Below, piece by piece: positions 9,846 through 18,773 of a stretch of DNA of 64,000 nucleotides. Below the pieces are notes generated by a model. It ran no database searches and was not told the origin of the DNA. It saw only the letters and a list, made by a program, of their open reading frames with translations. Origin of the DNA: Meyerozyma guilliermondii. Taxonomy: Eukaryota. The stretch covers positions 124,001 through 188,000 of the forward strand of contig CP128815.1 in assembly GCA_051546255.1 (NCBI GenBank), written 5' to 3'. Position numbers and translations under genes: made by a program. Numbering within the stretch: the first letter of the stretch is position 1; each line of letters starts with the position of its first letter.

Positions 9846-10365
9846 ATGCCGAATTCCGCAAGTGCCAATGGCAGAAAGGCAGGTGTTGTACTGAACTGGA
9901 AGGAATATGAGTCCCGCGTCTCTGGTTACAGTTATTCAAGTTTTAATAAGGGCAGCTCAAAAGCTGAAGCTGCCGCGTTTGTTCTGTCCAGTACTTCAAG
10001 CAAGCGCTCCAGTTCCTACAGTCACCAGCCAAGTTCTAGCGGAGGCAGTTATTCCTCAGCAAAGTCCACTAGTTCCAAGACTCCAAAAACCAAAAACTCA
10101 TCAGGAACGCAACAAGTTTACCCGGATGGAGCTTCTAGGGGAACGGTAAAGTACAGAACCGTATGTCTGGTTATGGTGTATACTATGGAGAAGGAGATAA
10201 GCCCAAAGCTGCTGAACCATTATCAAAAGCTGATCAAAAGCCAGGTTCTAATCAAAGAGCAGAGTTACAAGCTTGCCCCCAGTAAAAAGTGACCATGTTG
10301 CTGGTCATTCCGGAATTCACGGAATGGCAGATCGGTCAGCTAACAAAGGAGCTGACAACGATTGA
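9846..10365 (+). pseudogene. RNH1: Ribonuclease H1 pseudogene, copy 3
   Basis: Eroded hybrid-binding domain (MPNSASANGRKAGVV). A 1-bp frameshift near 10143 hides GNGKV..SGYGVYYGEGD..SNQRAELQA. An internal deletion at ~10272 joins to LPPVKSDHVAGHSGIHG--MAD..ANKGADND*. TATAAAA survives at 9779-9785. Confidence 0.88.
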
Positions 10366-10586
10366 GTTAAGGGACTGAGATTTTGTTAGCAGAGCTTTGT
10401 GATGAGGATTGTCAATGGATTCGATGGTGATCGAGCTCATCACGAAATTAGTTTTTACCTTATGAAATGAATGACCTATATATTGCTCGAGGATCAATGG
10501 TTTATACTTCTATTCTATTTCTCATTTTAAATATAATTCAGACTCGATTCTCACCATATAAAATTTCGCAGCTCTAGAAATGCAAA

Positions 10587-11381
10587 ATGCCTTATTACGC
10601 TGTCGCTCATGGTCGTCAAACTGGGGTGGTTAAAAGCTGGAAAGAATGCCAATTGAGAGTACAAGGTTACCGTGGAGCGATCTATGAAACTTTTCGTCAC
10701 GCAACCGACGCCTATAATTTCGTTGATGAAAATAATCCTTCGAAGAGAAGTGAACATTGTACCAAAATCTTTATTGACGGCGCATTTCAAGGAGACCAGT
10801 GCGGATATGGAGTCTGGTACGGCGATGATGATCCCAGAAATGCTGCCGTACCACTTTTCCAGGCAAAAGAAGAACTTCCATTGAACAATCAACGAGCAGA
10901 ATTAAGGGCCATGATTCATGTTTTTAGAAATATACAGCAAGAGATCGAACTGAACAACGGTATCCCTTTAAAAGAGTATGTGATTCTTACTGATAGTCAG
11001 GCTACCATCAAGGCACTCACCATTTGGTCTGTTAAATGGAAAAAGAATGGATGGAAGACAACGAAAGGAGAGATCATTGCAAATAAAGATCTAATTAGTG
11101 AAGCTGTTGAATTATTAGAGAGCTTGGAGCAATACTACCGAACCAGTGACTTGAGATTAGCAATCGAACATGTTTATGGGCATGCTGGTGTACATGGGAA
11201 TGAAGAAGCTGATAAATTAGCAACTTTCGCAGCAAGCTTGACTACCATCATACTGGAAAATAAGGATACCAGCAAACTGAAAATTCCCTACGAATTCCCT
11301 TCAACATGGGTTCTGGTCACCGGCTTTACTATAGCTCTTGTTCTGCTAGGGTTCTATGTCTTGAGGAAAAGAAGGTCCTAA
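10587..11381 (+). CDS. RNH1: Ribonuclease H1, copy 4, with C-terminal transmembrane tail
   Basis: MPYYAVAHGRQTGVV hybrid-binding domain; IFIDG, NNQRAEL, TDS, GHAG and NEEAD; ends with a ~19-aa hydrophobic segment plus RKRRS. Confidence 0.88.
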   Translation: MPYYAVAHGRQTGVVKSWKECQLRVQGYRGAIYETFRHATDAYNFVDENNPSKRSEHCTKIFIDGAFQGDQCGYGVWYGDDDPRNAAVPLFQAKEELPLNNQRAELRAMIHVFRNIQQEIELNNGIPLKEYVILTDSQATIKALTIWSVKWKKNGWKTTKGEIIANKDLISEAVELLESLEQYYRTSDLRLAIEHVYGHAGVHGNEEADKLATFAASLTTIILENKDTSKLKIPYEFPSTWVLVTGFTIALVLLGFYVLRKRRS

Positions 11382-11401
11382 AGAGTCACTTTCTATTCTT
11401 T

Positions 11402-12907
11402 CTAAGACTTTCTATTTCTTTTAAAGTGGTCCACAATGACACCATATATCGCCACTAAAGACCCAACAGCACTCAATGCGCACCCAACATACGCTGCTGT
11501 CTTGGTGGCTTTAACTTCAGCATTGAAATCAGTACCTGGTGCTTGCTTCAACACAGCAGTTCCAGCAACACCCAAGGCCAAAGATATGGAATAGTTGACT
11601 ACGGTCGCAACCAAAGAGGCAGAAATGCCCTGCCATTCGTGGGGTACAACGTCACTCAAGAGGAGCGTTGCTGCGGGAAAGCACACATCCACTCCAAAGG
11701 GTGCTATAATGAAGGTAATGAAACAGGATGCCCAATAACTATCGTGCACATCAACGACAGATAACATTGCTGCTGATATTACAAATGCCAATAGTCCAAT
11801 TACCATCAAGACCTGAGTCGTAACTCCTTTGGAAAGCATAAAGCCGGTGAATGCAGCTGCTAATAATCCACTCACAATTGCTGGGGTAAATTTTACTGCT
11901 GCAAGAATTGGACTATCGCCTCGAAGAGACAAGAGAAAGTTGAAATAGAAGTAGATCAAGATTCCAAAAGTTCCAAACCCACAAGCAACACAAATCAACA
12001 CTCTCAACACTATAGGTGACATCTGCTTAATGGGAATCAATGGCTGCGAAACCTTCAATTCGACGTAAACGAAAATGGACAACAAAAGCACCCCAATAAC
12101 CAACAAGATGTACGTATACGGTGTCAGCCATTTGACAATGGGAGCTTGATTCCAGGCTACGTTGAAGAGCACAAGCCCCCCAACTCCTGTGAAGGCACCC
12201 AAAAAGTCAAATTCCTTATTTCTTCCTTCATCTAGGGTATCCTGTGGTATTATCAAAAATGCCAAAATGGTGAGACAAGCGCAGGCTATTCCCATAGACC
12301 AATATATCCACGCCCAGTGAGTAAACTGGGAAAAAATTGCACCAAAGATACTTCCAAATACGAACCCCAAAGGAGTTCCTGCTCCAAATACCACAAAGGC
12401 TATAGTCTTCCGCTTGCCTGGCGGATAAAAACGTCCTAAAATTGCAAGACCGTTGGGAAGCAAAAATGCTGGACCAACACCCTGGAACCCTTTGCAGCAG
12501 TAATAAAAAACAGCATTGGAGTAACTACTGGCACCGGTCAATAAGGACCAAATTGTTAGCCAGACATACCCAAATAAGAACATTCTCTTGTGTCCCAAAA
12601 TATCGCCCAATCTCCCAGCAATGATGATTAACGTACCTGCGCTCAAACTCAAAGATGCAATTGACCAGGTAAGTTCTGCTTCATTAGTTATGTTGAACCA
12701 TTCACCAATAATCCGTATCGATGAAAGGCCCTGTGCGACACTTACCTGGGTAACAAATTGACCTGAAAATATGATCAAAACGAATAAGATTTCGTGAAAG
12801 AGAGAGATTTGCGGTTCAATAATTTCGATAGTATTTGTCTTGTCTTCATTTCCTGTGACAGTTTCCGGATCAGATACATCAGTATTCATATTGGAGATAT
12901 TGCTCAT
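11402..12907 (-). CDS. ATR1: MFS drug:H+ antiporter, DHA2 family (ATR1/SNQ1-like)
   Basis: Many TM segments; AGRLGDILGHKRMF motif A, QGVGPAFLLPNGLAILG, DFLGA and QGISASLVATVVNYSISL. Start 12907 is preferred because a TATATAAG lies at 12941-12948, immediately upstream of the earlier ATG. Confidence 0.82.
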   Translation of the reverse strand: MSNISNMNTDVSDPETVTGNEDKTNTIEIIEPQISLFHEILFVLIIFSGQFVTQVSVAQGLSSIRIIGEWFNITNEAELTWSIASLSLSAGTLIIIAGRLGDILGHKRMFLFGYVWLTIWSLLTGASSYSNAVFYYCCKGFQGVGPAFLLPNGLAILGRFYPPGKRKTIAFVVFGAGTPLGFVFGSIFGAIFSQFTHWAWIYWSMGIACACLTILAFLIIPQDTLDEGRNKEFDFLGAFTGVGGLVLFNVAWNQAPIVKWLTPYTYILLVIGVLLLSIFVYVELKVSQPLIPIKQMSPIVLRVLICVACGFGTFGILIYFYFNFLLSLRGDSPILAAVKFTPAIVSGLLAAAFTGFMLSKGVTTQVLMVIGLLAFVISAAMLSVVDVHDSYWASCFITFIIAPFGVDVCFPAATLLLSDVVPHEWQGISASLVATVVNYSISLALGVAGTAVLKQAPGTDFNAEVKATKTAAYVGCALSAVGSLVAIYGVIVDHFKRNRKS

Positions 12908-13000
12908 GACAATTTTCTTCCAATTGAGAAACGTTACCATCTTATATATCCGAAGTAGCACGCATATACGAAATGAGGTCAGTTCAACAAATCAATCGAG

Positions 13001-13240
13001 TGATGGGTTACATCTTCAACAAGCTATTTGGCTGCAACTTTCCCAAATAGGAGTGCTGCAGCACTCGAAAAATCCTGCATACGCGCCAACGATGGTGATA
13101 GGAGACCAATTTGATAGGAGACCATTCCGTAAGGCGGTATGCAAAGTGCTCACATAGGGCATGAGCGTGCCGCAATTGATGGGATACCTACGATAATTGT
13201 CAGCTCTAATTGTTGGCTTAGTAAATCCTGATGGGTGACC
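13001..13240 (+). promoter_or_regulatory. Five co-oriented copies of TGATRGGWKAC(C) in the divergent MFS/hydrolase promoter (putative Fzf1 sites)
   Basis: 13001 TGATGGGTTAC, 13096 TGATAGGAGACC, 13112 TGATAGGAGACC, 13177 TGATGGGATACC, 13229 TGATGGGTGACC. Confidence 0.7.
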
Positions 13241-13329
13241 ACATTTAGCTAAACTATTTAAGACAGTGAATATTCCAAACTACAACAGTCAATTGAAGCT
13301 TGTTCGGTCGACAAAAACTTATAACTACC

Positions 13330-14202
13330 ATGACTTACTTTCCAACATACAACAAAGTTCGTGTTGAAGATGGAACTAACGTGTTCTATCGCGAGGCAGG
13401 ATCTTCAGATAAGCCAGTAATCTTGCTTCTCCACGGATTTCCTTCATCGTCTCATATGTTCCGGGACCTTATTCCTGTCCTTGCCCCTCACTTTCGTGTG
13501 CTCGCTCCGGACTTACCAGGTTTCGGATATACAGAGACTTCAACTCTGTACAAAGTCACATTTGCAGCCATTGCCGACACCATTGATCAATTCTTAAGCA
13601 AGTTGAAAATCAACAAGTTTTACGTCTACATCTTTGACTATGGTGCTCCCACCGGATTCAGACTCGCACTCAAGCACCCCGAAAGAGTCAGTGGAATTGT
13701 GACCCAGAATGGAAATGCTTATGTTGAAGGAATTGAGAACGACTTCTGGCAACCCATTAGAGAATACTGGAAAAAATCCAAGGATGACCCAACCTTCTTT
13801 GAAGCCCTTTCCAAGTTTATTGAGGATCCAGCCAATGTGACCGTTCAGTATACGGAAGGAGAGCCCAATGCGTCCGGAATTGATCCTCTGTCATGGACGT
13901 TAGATCAAGCTTTGTTAGCTAGGCCCGGCCAAACAAAACTCCAGGTGGAATTGTTCCATGACTACCAGCTGAACGTCGAGTTGTACCCTAAATTCCAAGA
14001 ATACTTGAGAACCAGTAATGTACCAGTTCTTGTGATTTGGGGCAAAAACGACAAGATCTTCCCACCAGTTGGTGCGGAAGCGTACAAGAGGGATGTGAAG
14101 AACCTCGAGTTCCACTATGTTGACGGAGGTCACTTTGCTCTCGAGTCCCATTTGAAAGAGATTTCGAGCAAGATTATCGAGGTTTTTAGTCAAAAACACT
14201 AG
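13330..14202 (+). CDS. Alpha/beta-fold epoxide hydrolase, homolog of S. cerevisiae YNR064C
   Basis: YREAG, LLLHGFPSSSHMFRDLIP, APDLPGFG, FDYGAP nucleophile elbow, QNGNAY, WGKND and GHFALE; ATG at 13330. Confidence 0.88.
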   Translation: MTYFPTYNKVRVEDGTNVFYREAGSSDKPVILLLHGFPSSSHMFRDLIPVLAPHFRVLAPDLPGFGYTETSTLYKVTFAAIADTIDQFLSKLKINKFYVYIFDYGAPTGFRLALKHPERVSGIVTQNGNAYVEGIENDFWQPIREYWKKSKDDPTFFEALSKFIEDPANVTVQYTEGEPNASGIDPLSWTLDQALLARPGQTKLQVELFHDYQLNVELYPKFQEYLRTSNVPVLVIWGKNDKIFPPVGAEAYKRDVKNLEFHYVDGGHFALESHLKEISSKIIEVFSQKH

Positions 14203-14506
14203 TTTTGTTATAATTTGCAGCCATGTTTAGCGTTTTTATTATTGTATACGAACCGTTTAAGAATGTAAAAATCAAACCACAAGTTTAAGTCACCATAAAC
14301 TAGATTTCATTTGTACCCATTTTGCCACCGGAAAGTCTTTAGTTGTATGTTTTATATCTCCGACCACCTGACGAGCCTGCACCAAACTAAAAATTCTCAA
14401 CTAAAATAATGGAACCAAAACGAGCACACCAGGAGTAGACAGACTGCACTAATATAACCCTAAATCAATAATTCCAAGAAGTTCCAAGCTAGAACCGTCT
14501 CTAAGC

Positions 14507-15133
14507 ATGTTAACTGAACCTGAAAACACAAAATACGTGCGGCCAAAGAAGTACGTTTGCCCCCTAGAATCCTGTGCTAAAGCGTACACCAGGCCGTCCT
14601 TGCTTCAACAGCATCGTAGAACACATACCAACGAAAGACCCTTTGCGTGCCCGGAGCCAGGGTGCGGCAAGCGATTCTTTAGAAACTCACATTTACAAGT
14701 CCACAAACATATCCATGCCAAGGAAAAGCCATTGAAGTGCAGTGTGTGCAACAAGGGCTTCATCACGAATCAGCAATTGTTGCGGCACACCAAAACCCAC
14801 AAGGCCGAGTTTCTGTGCCCATACGACTGTGGATCGCAGTTTACTGATGGTGGAACCATGACCAGCCACGTGTTGGAAAACCATATGAACAGTGATGTCC
14901 TATTTCCTTCGTACGCCTCGGAGGGATTGTCAGAATCGCTTTCTGAAAGCACCCATAGCCATTCTACTTCGCCATCAATAGTGGGATCTGAACGGGTTGG
15001 CGAGGATTTCTTCTCCGATCTTCACTGTAAGGAACCCGAATGTGCTGAATATGATGCCTATGAAACGATAGCACACTTGATAGAACATTACGATAACTTC
15101 CATTCGTTTGTTCCTCCCGGGTTGTTCCAATAA
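14507..15133 (+). CDS. FZF1: Five-finger C2H2 transcription factor, FZF1-like
   Basis: Three tandem TFIIIA-like fingers ([30 protein letters not shown]), a fourth CPY.C..HVLENH, a Ser-rich spacer, and an atypical fifth finger [23 protein letters not shown]. This matches the Fzf1 layout rather than nine-finger TFIIIA. Confidence 0.78.
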   Translation: MLTEPENTKYVRPKKYVCPLESCAKAYTRPSLLQQHRRTHTNERPFACPEPGCGKRFFRNSHLQVHKHIHAKEKPLKCSVCNKGFITNQQLLRHTKTHKAEFLCPYDCGSQFTDGGTMTSHVLENHMNSDVLFPSYASEGLSESLSESTHSHSTSPSIVGSERVGEDFFSDLHCKEPECAEYDAYETIAHLIEHYDNFHSFVPPGLFQ

Positions 15134-15314
15134 CCCTAAACGTAATTGGTTACATTGGTTTCCCTTTTGCACAATTTAACGCACATTACTTGTCCATAGC
15201 TAACATTTCACATCACAGACTAACCACTCAAATCGAAAAATACCCTGGCCGTTATAGGTGTACTGCACACAATGCGATGCCTCTTTGTCTCATCACCTCT
15301 ACTTGTACACCTTT

Positions 15315-17279
15315 ATGAGTGCATTTGCTGCATTTCGCAAAAAATCGGTTACTGAGCTCTTTAGCAACGAAGAAGAAGACGATGAGGAAATAAAATACGA
15401 AATTGGTTCTTCCGATGAAGAAGTAGAAGATAAGCAGATTATAGACTCCGATAGGACGCGACCCAGTAGTGCTACTCCAACAATAACTCCATCGGTATCC
15501 CGTTTAGTGTTAGTCCCCGAGATCTCTGAGTCAAGGTTTATTCCCGACGATGATAATTTTCTAGTTTTTGACGACCATATAATCGTGGGACTCAAAACAA
15601 ATGAGTATCTTCTTGTTTCGGGCCAATGTAAAATCACAGTACAACGAGGAGCAGTGAAGTTAAACGAGGTTGATTACCACCACGCCGACCCAGAAAGGTC
15701 AATTTCAATTGTTGCATCTTTTTCCCAGTCACTTCCTATGATTTCAAGTACGCAGATTCTAGACAGAGATGGTGTTCGAGATACCCAAAACGACCATAAC
15801 AAGCATTTATTTTCGAGCGACTATAAGTCTGTAGTGATGATCGCCAATTACTCCACTGGAGTAGAAGATATAGGACTGTACTGGCGACCGTTCAAGAGAT
15901 TCTTTGGATTTGGTGGAGAATCCGATGTTGAACTGCTTGGAGAGATGGAACGACTCTTCCAGTCATACACCTTCGAGATTGTGCTCCGTAACAATGGGTC
16001 TTTAGGAATGAATCTTGACGCAGTATGGGGTACAGATCTCAAAAGTTTATGCGAGAATATAACTGAGGACCTCGAATCCAGTGTGACAATGATAATAGGC
16101 AACAAGAACAGCGGCAAGTCAACTCTCTCAAAGACTCTTACGAACGCCTTATTATTGAAACAAAGACTTCCAGTGGCATATTTGGACCTAGACCCGGGTC
16201 AATCCGAGTTTTCTGCTCCGTTTACGTTGTCTCTTACACTCATACATGAGCCTATTTATGGCATGTATCTCTTCAATCCCCATGAAGTGGTCTCGTCACA
16301 CTACTATGGGTTCACCACCCCACAACAGCACCCAGACCTATACATCTCCATTGCCAAATCACTTTTGCATAGCTTCATAAGCAAGCTCAAATCACAGGGA
16401 ATAAATCTTGTGATAAATACACCAGGTTGGATCAAAGGGTTTGGAATGGAAATTTTGAACAACATTTCGAATGAACTCGAACCAGACCATCTAATCTTAT
16501 TATCAGGAAGTCTCGATCCAGGGAGCCCTGAAAACGCTGACATACTATCCACAATCACCCACAAAAAATCCCACATTTTTCAAGGAATTTACCATCAATC
16601 AAAGTACTCTCCATCTCAATTACGAACTTGGAATAAGCTATTGTACTTCCACAGGCAAAACACTCCAAGCGGACTGCACTTTGATTTCAAAACTCACATT
16701 CTAGATAAACCCCCATTGAGACTACCATACCAGGTTGAAGAAGACCCATCGTTTTGCGGTTTGAACTCGGTTCTGTTCCTCAATGTGGATCCATCAGAAG
16801 TTGGCAAGGATAATATTGCGTTACTTTTGGATGCCTCTATCGTTGGATTCTACCTTATAGACTACGAGTACTACTCTTCGTACCAAGGACTACAACTGAT
16901 TTCTCCCGACCAACCTCTAATCATGAGACTGGCATTATACTCTGATATGATCGATTTTCGAGCAACTGAGGTCCTGTTTGCGGGACTTGGCATGATCCAC
17001 AGTATCGATACTGCGAGACATTGCTTTAATATTTACCTACCATTTTCCGTCAAAGAAAACTTGGAGAAGCATTTATCCAATGGAATGAAGTTGGTAATGG
17101 TTAAAGGCGAGGGCGACATTCCTCCAGCAGAGTTTCTCAAGCCAGAATTGCTCAAATCAGTAAGCAAAAAATCGGCCGATGGAAGCAACCTTCCACTTCC
17201 TTATATCAGTTTTGAAAGCAACAAGGTTGCTGGTGTGTGGAAGATGCGCCGAAACGTCATGCGTAGGGGCCAACGATGA
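15315..17279 (+). CDS. GRC3: Polynucleotide 5'-hydroxyl kinase (Clp1/Nol9 family)
   Basis: GNKNSGKST P-loop, LDLDPGQSEF and INTPGWIKGFG; C-terminal W.MRRNVMRR; ATG at 15315. Confidence 0.9.
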   Translation: MSAFAAFRKKSVTELFSNEEEDDEEIKYEIGSSDEEVEDKQIIDSDRTRPSSATPTITPSVSRLVLVPEISESRFIPDDDNFLVFDDHIIVGLKTNEYLLVSGQCKITVQRGAVKLNEVDYHHADPERSISIVASFSQSLPMISSTQILDRDGVRDTQNDHNKHLFSSDYKSVVMIANYSTGVEDIGLYWRPFKRFFGFGGESDVELLGEMERLFQSYTFEIVLRNNGSLGMNLDAVWGTDLKSLCENITEDLESSVTMIIGNKNSGKSTLSKTLTNALLLKQRLPVAYLDLDPGQSEFSAPFTLSLTLIHEPIYGMYLFNPHEVVSSHYYGFTTPQQHPDLYISIAKSLLHSFISKLKSQGINLVINTPGWIKGFGMEILNNISNELEPDHLILLSGSLDPGSPENADILSTITHKKSHIFQGIYHQSKYSPSQLRTWNKLLYFHRQNTPSGLHFDFKTHILDKPPLRLPYQVEEDPSFCGLNSVLFLNVDPSEVGKDNIALLLDASIVGFYLIDYEYYSSYQGLQLISPDQPLIMRLALYSDMIDFRATEVLFAGLGMIHSIDTARHCFNIYLPFSVKENLEKHLSNGMKLVMVKGEGDIPPAEFLKPELLKSVSKKSADGSNLPLPYISFESNKVAGVWKMRRNVMRRGQR

Positions 17280-17370
17280 TTTTCCAGTAGCTGCAAACTG
17301 TGCAACTTCTTTACCGAGCCTGGTGCATTGGGGTGCACCAGATAAAATTTCAAGTTCTGACAGCGACGTC

Positions 17371-18759
17371 ATGAAGTCAATGAAATTACTGGCTCTCACA
17401 GCAATTGTAGGGCTTGCTTCGGCCATAATACCCGATGTGGATCAGCTAAGAAACACCAAGGGTGAATCAACTTTAGAACCAGGACACCAATCGCTTCCTG
17501 ATTTACTTCAGATCAACGACGTGCACGACCTTGATTTGACTTGGCAAACAACCAACCTCAGGTACGACACTGGAAGGTTGATCCTTGACCAAGGTACAGG
17601 AAGCTTGTGGTCGATTGCCCAATTAGCAAACTCACTAGATGAATGGACTGCCGAATTGACATTTAGATCAACTGGACAAGTGAATCAAGATGCTCAATTC
17701 CAAGATAACGGATTGGCGTTTTGGTTTGTCGATCCTGAGAACACTCCTATCTCGTCGTCTGCGACTGAAAACTATGGTGGTCCCTCTTACTTCGATGGTT
17801 TTCAAATTGTGATGAACAATCGTGATGCCGCAGGCTTAAAAATATTCATGAACGATGGTTCAATTGCTCGACAGACCTCCCTCAGTGACTCGATAGGCAA
17901 TTGTGTATTTAACTATCTTGACTCTAACATTCCCTTTACCATCAGGGTGTCATATTCAAGGCAAAGAAAATGGTTCAAGGTTCAGGTTGACAACAACTTG
18001 TGCTTCAAAACGGACAGTATCACCATTCCAACATCGGCAAATGACTTGAAGTTTGGAGTTACCGGAAACATAAACCTGCAATCACTGGAAACCTTTGAGA
18101 TACTCAAGTTGTCGGTTTGGTCCTCGTTAACAGAAGATGCGATTGACGACCATGGATTGATGGCAGATGGTCAATTGAAAGTACAATACAAAACCATGGT
18201 AGTTGACGATAAAGATGACCATGTTCCTCCAGCTCAAATAAGACAGTCTCTCATGGAGAGAACACGTTTACATCAAAAGCAAATGATGGAGGAACGGAGC
18301 TCTTTGAGTCAAGAAGCATTATTGCAAGATATTGTCGCTCGACTCGAAGCCATTGAAAAATCCATATCAAATCTTGCAAACACCCAAAACACTAATGATT
18401 ACGAAAGTCATGCTGCAAACAAGCTCCAAGGTAACCTCGAGACATTCCAAGCTACAATTACCAACCAGTTCTCCAACATGGTGGATGCGTTATCTAACTT
18501 GAACCAAAAGGTGATAGGAGAGGTTAGAGAGCATCAGCATGGAATGGACGAAATATCTAAAAAAGTCGATCTTTTGATGGCTAACCACAAGGAAATTACT
18601 CATCAGTATAATGAACAACAACAACTTCGTCCTCCTTCATCGGAACTAACCACCACAATCGTTAGGTGGGTTTTGACACCAGTAATTTTGTGCATTATTG
18701 TGTTGAGTATCTTCATCTACAGATTGAGACATGATATCAAGCACTCCAAGTTGCTTTGA
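17371..18759 (+). CDS. EMP47: L-type lectin COPII cargo receptor (Emp46/Emp47)
   Basis: Signal peptide, lectin motifs (GLAFW, YGGPSYFDG), coiled coil, TM segment and KHSKLL dilysine-type tail; start 17371 or 17380. Confidence 0.85.
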   Translation: MKSMKLLALTAIVGLASAIIPDVDQLRNTKGESTLEPGHQSLPDLLQINDVHDLDLTWQTTNLRYDTGRLILDQGTGSLWSIAQLANSLDEWTAELTFRSTGQVNQDAQFQDNGLAFWFVDPENTPISSSATENYGGPSYFDGFQIVMNNRDAAGLKIFMNDGSIARQTSLSDSIGNCVFNYLDSNIPFTIRVSYSRQRKWFKVQVDNNLCFKTDSITIPTSANDLKFGVTGNINLQSLETFEILKLSVWSSLTEDAIDDHGLMADGQLKVQYKTMVVDDKDDHVPPAQIRQSLMERTRLHQKQMMEERSSLSQEALLQDIVARLEAIEKSISNLANTQNTNDYESHAANKLQGNLETFQATITNQFSNMVDALSNLNQKVIGEVREHQHGMDEISKKVDLLMANHKEITHQYNEQQQLRPPSSELTTTIVRWVLTPVILCIIVLSIFIYRLRHDIKHSKLL

Positions 18760-18773
18760 TGGTTTATTACTAT

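Noticed and set aside
9825..10292. 155-aa ORF as an independent gene
   Set aside because: It is the frameshifted 5' part of the RNase H pseudogene; homology continues in other frames.
10399..10445. Box C/D snoRNA in the RNase H 3' flank (GTGATGA)
   Set aside because: Box C is not preserved in the other copies, and I found no suitably placed CTGA box D or terminal stem.
6834..11381. RNase H array as a retrotransposon or caulimovirus remnant
   Set aside because: No RT (YxDD), integrase, protease, gag, LTR or PBS seen. Each copy has the cellular hybrid-binding domain + RNase H1 layout with its own ATG.
13330..14202. Recent bacterial horizontal transfer of the hydrolase
   Set aside because: It closely follows the yeast YNR064C sequence as I recall it, and composition matches neighbouring genes; no sequence evidence for recent transfer.
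14507..15133. TFIIIA (PZF1) assignment
   Set aside because: Only five fingers, and the last is of the Fzf1 type; TFIIIA has nine.
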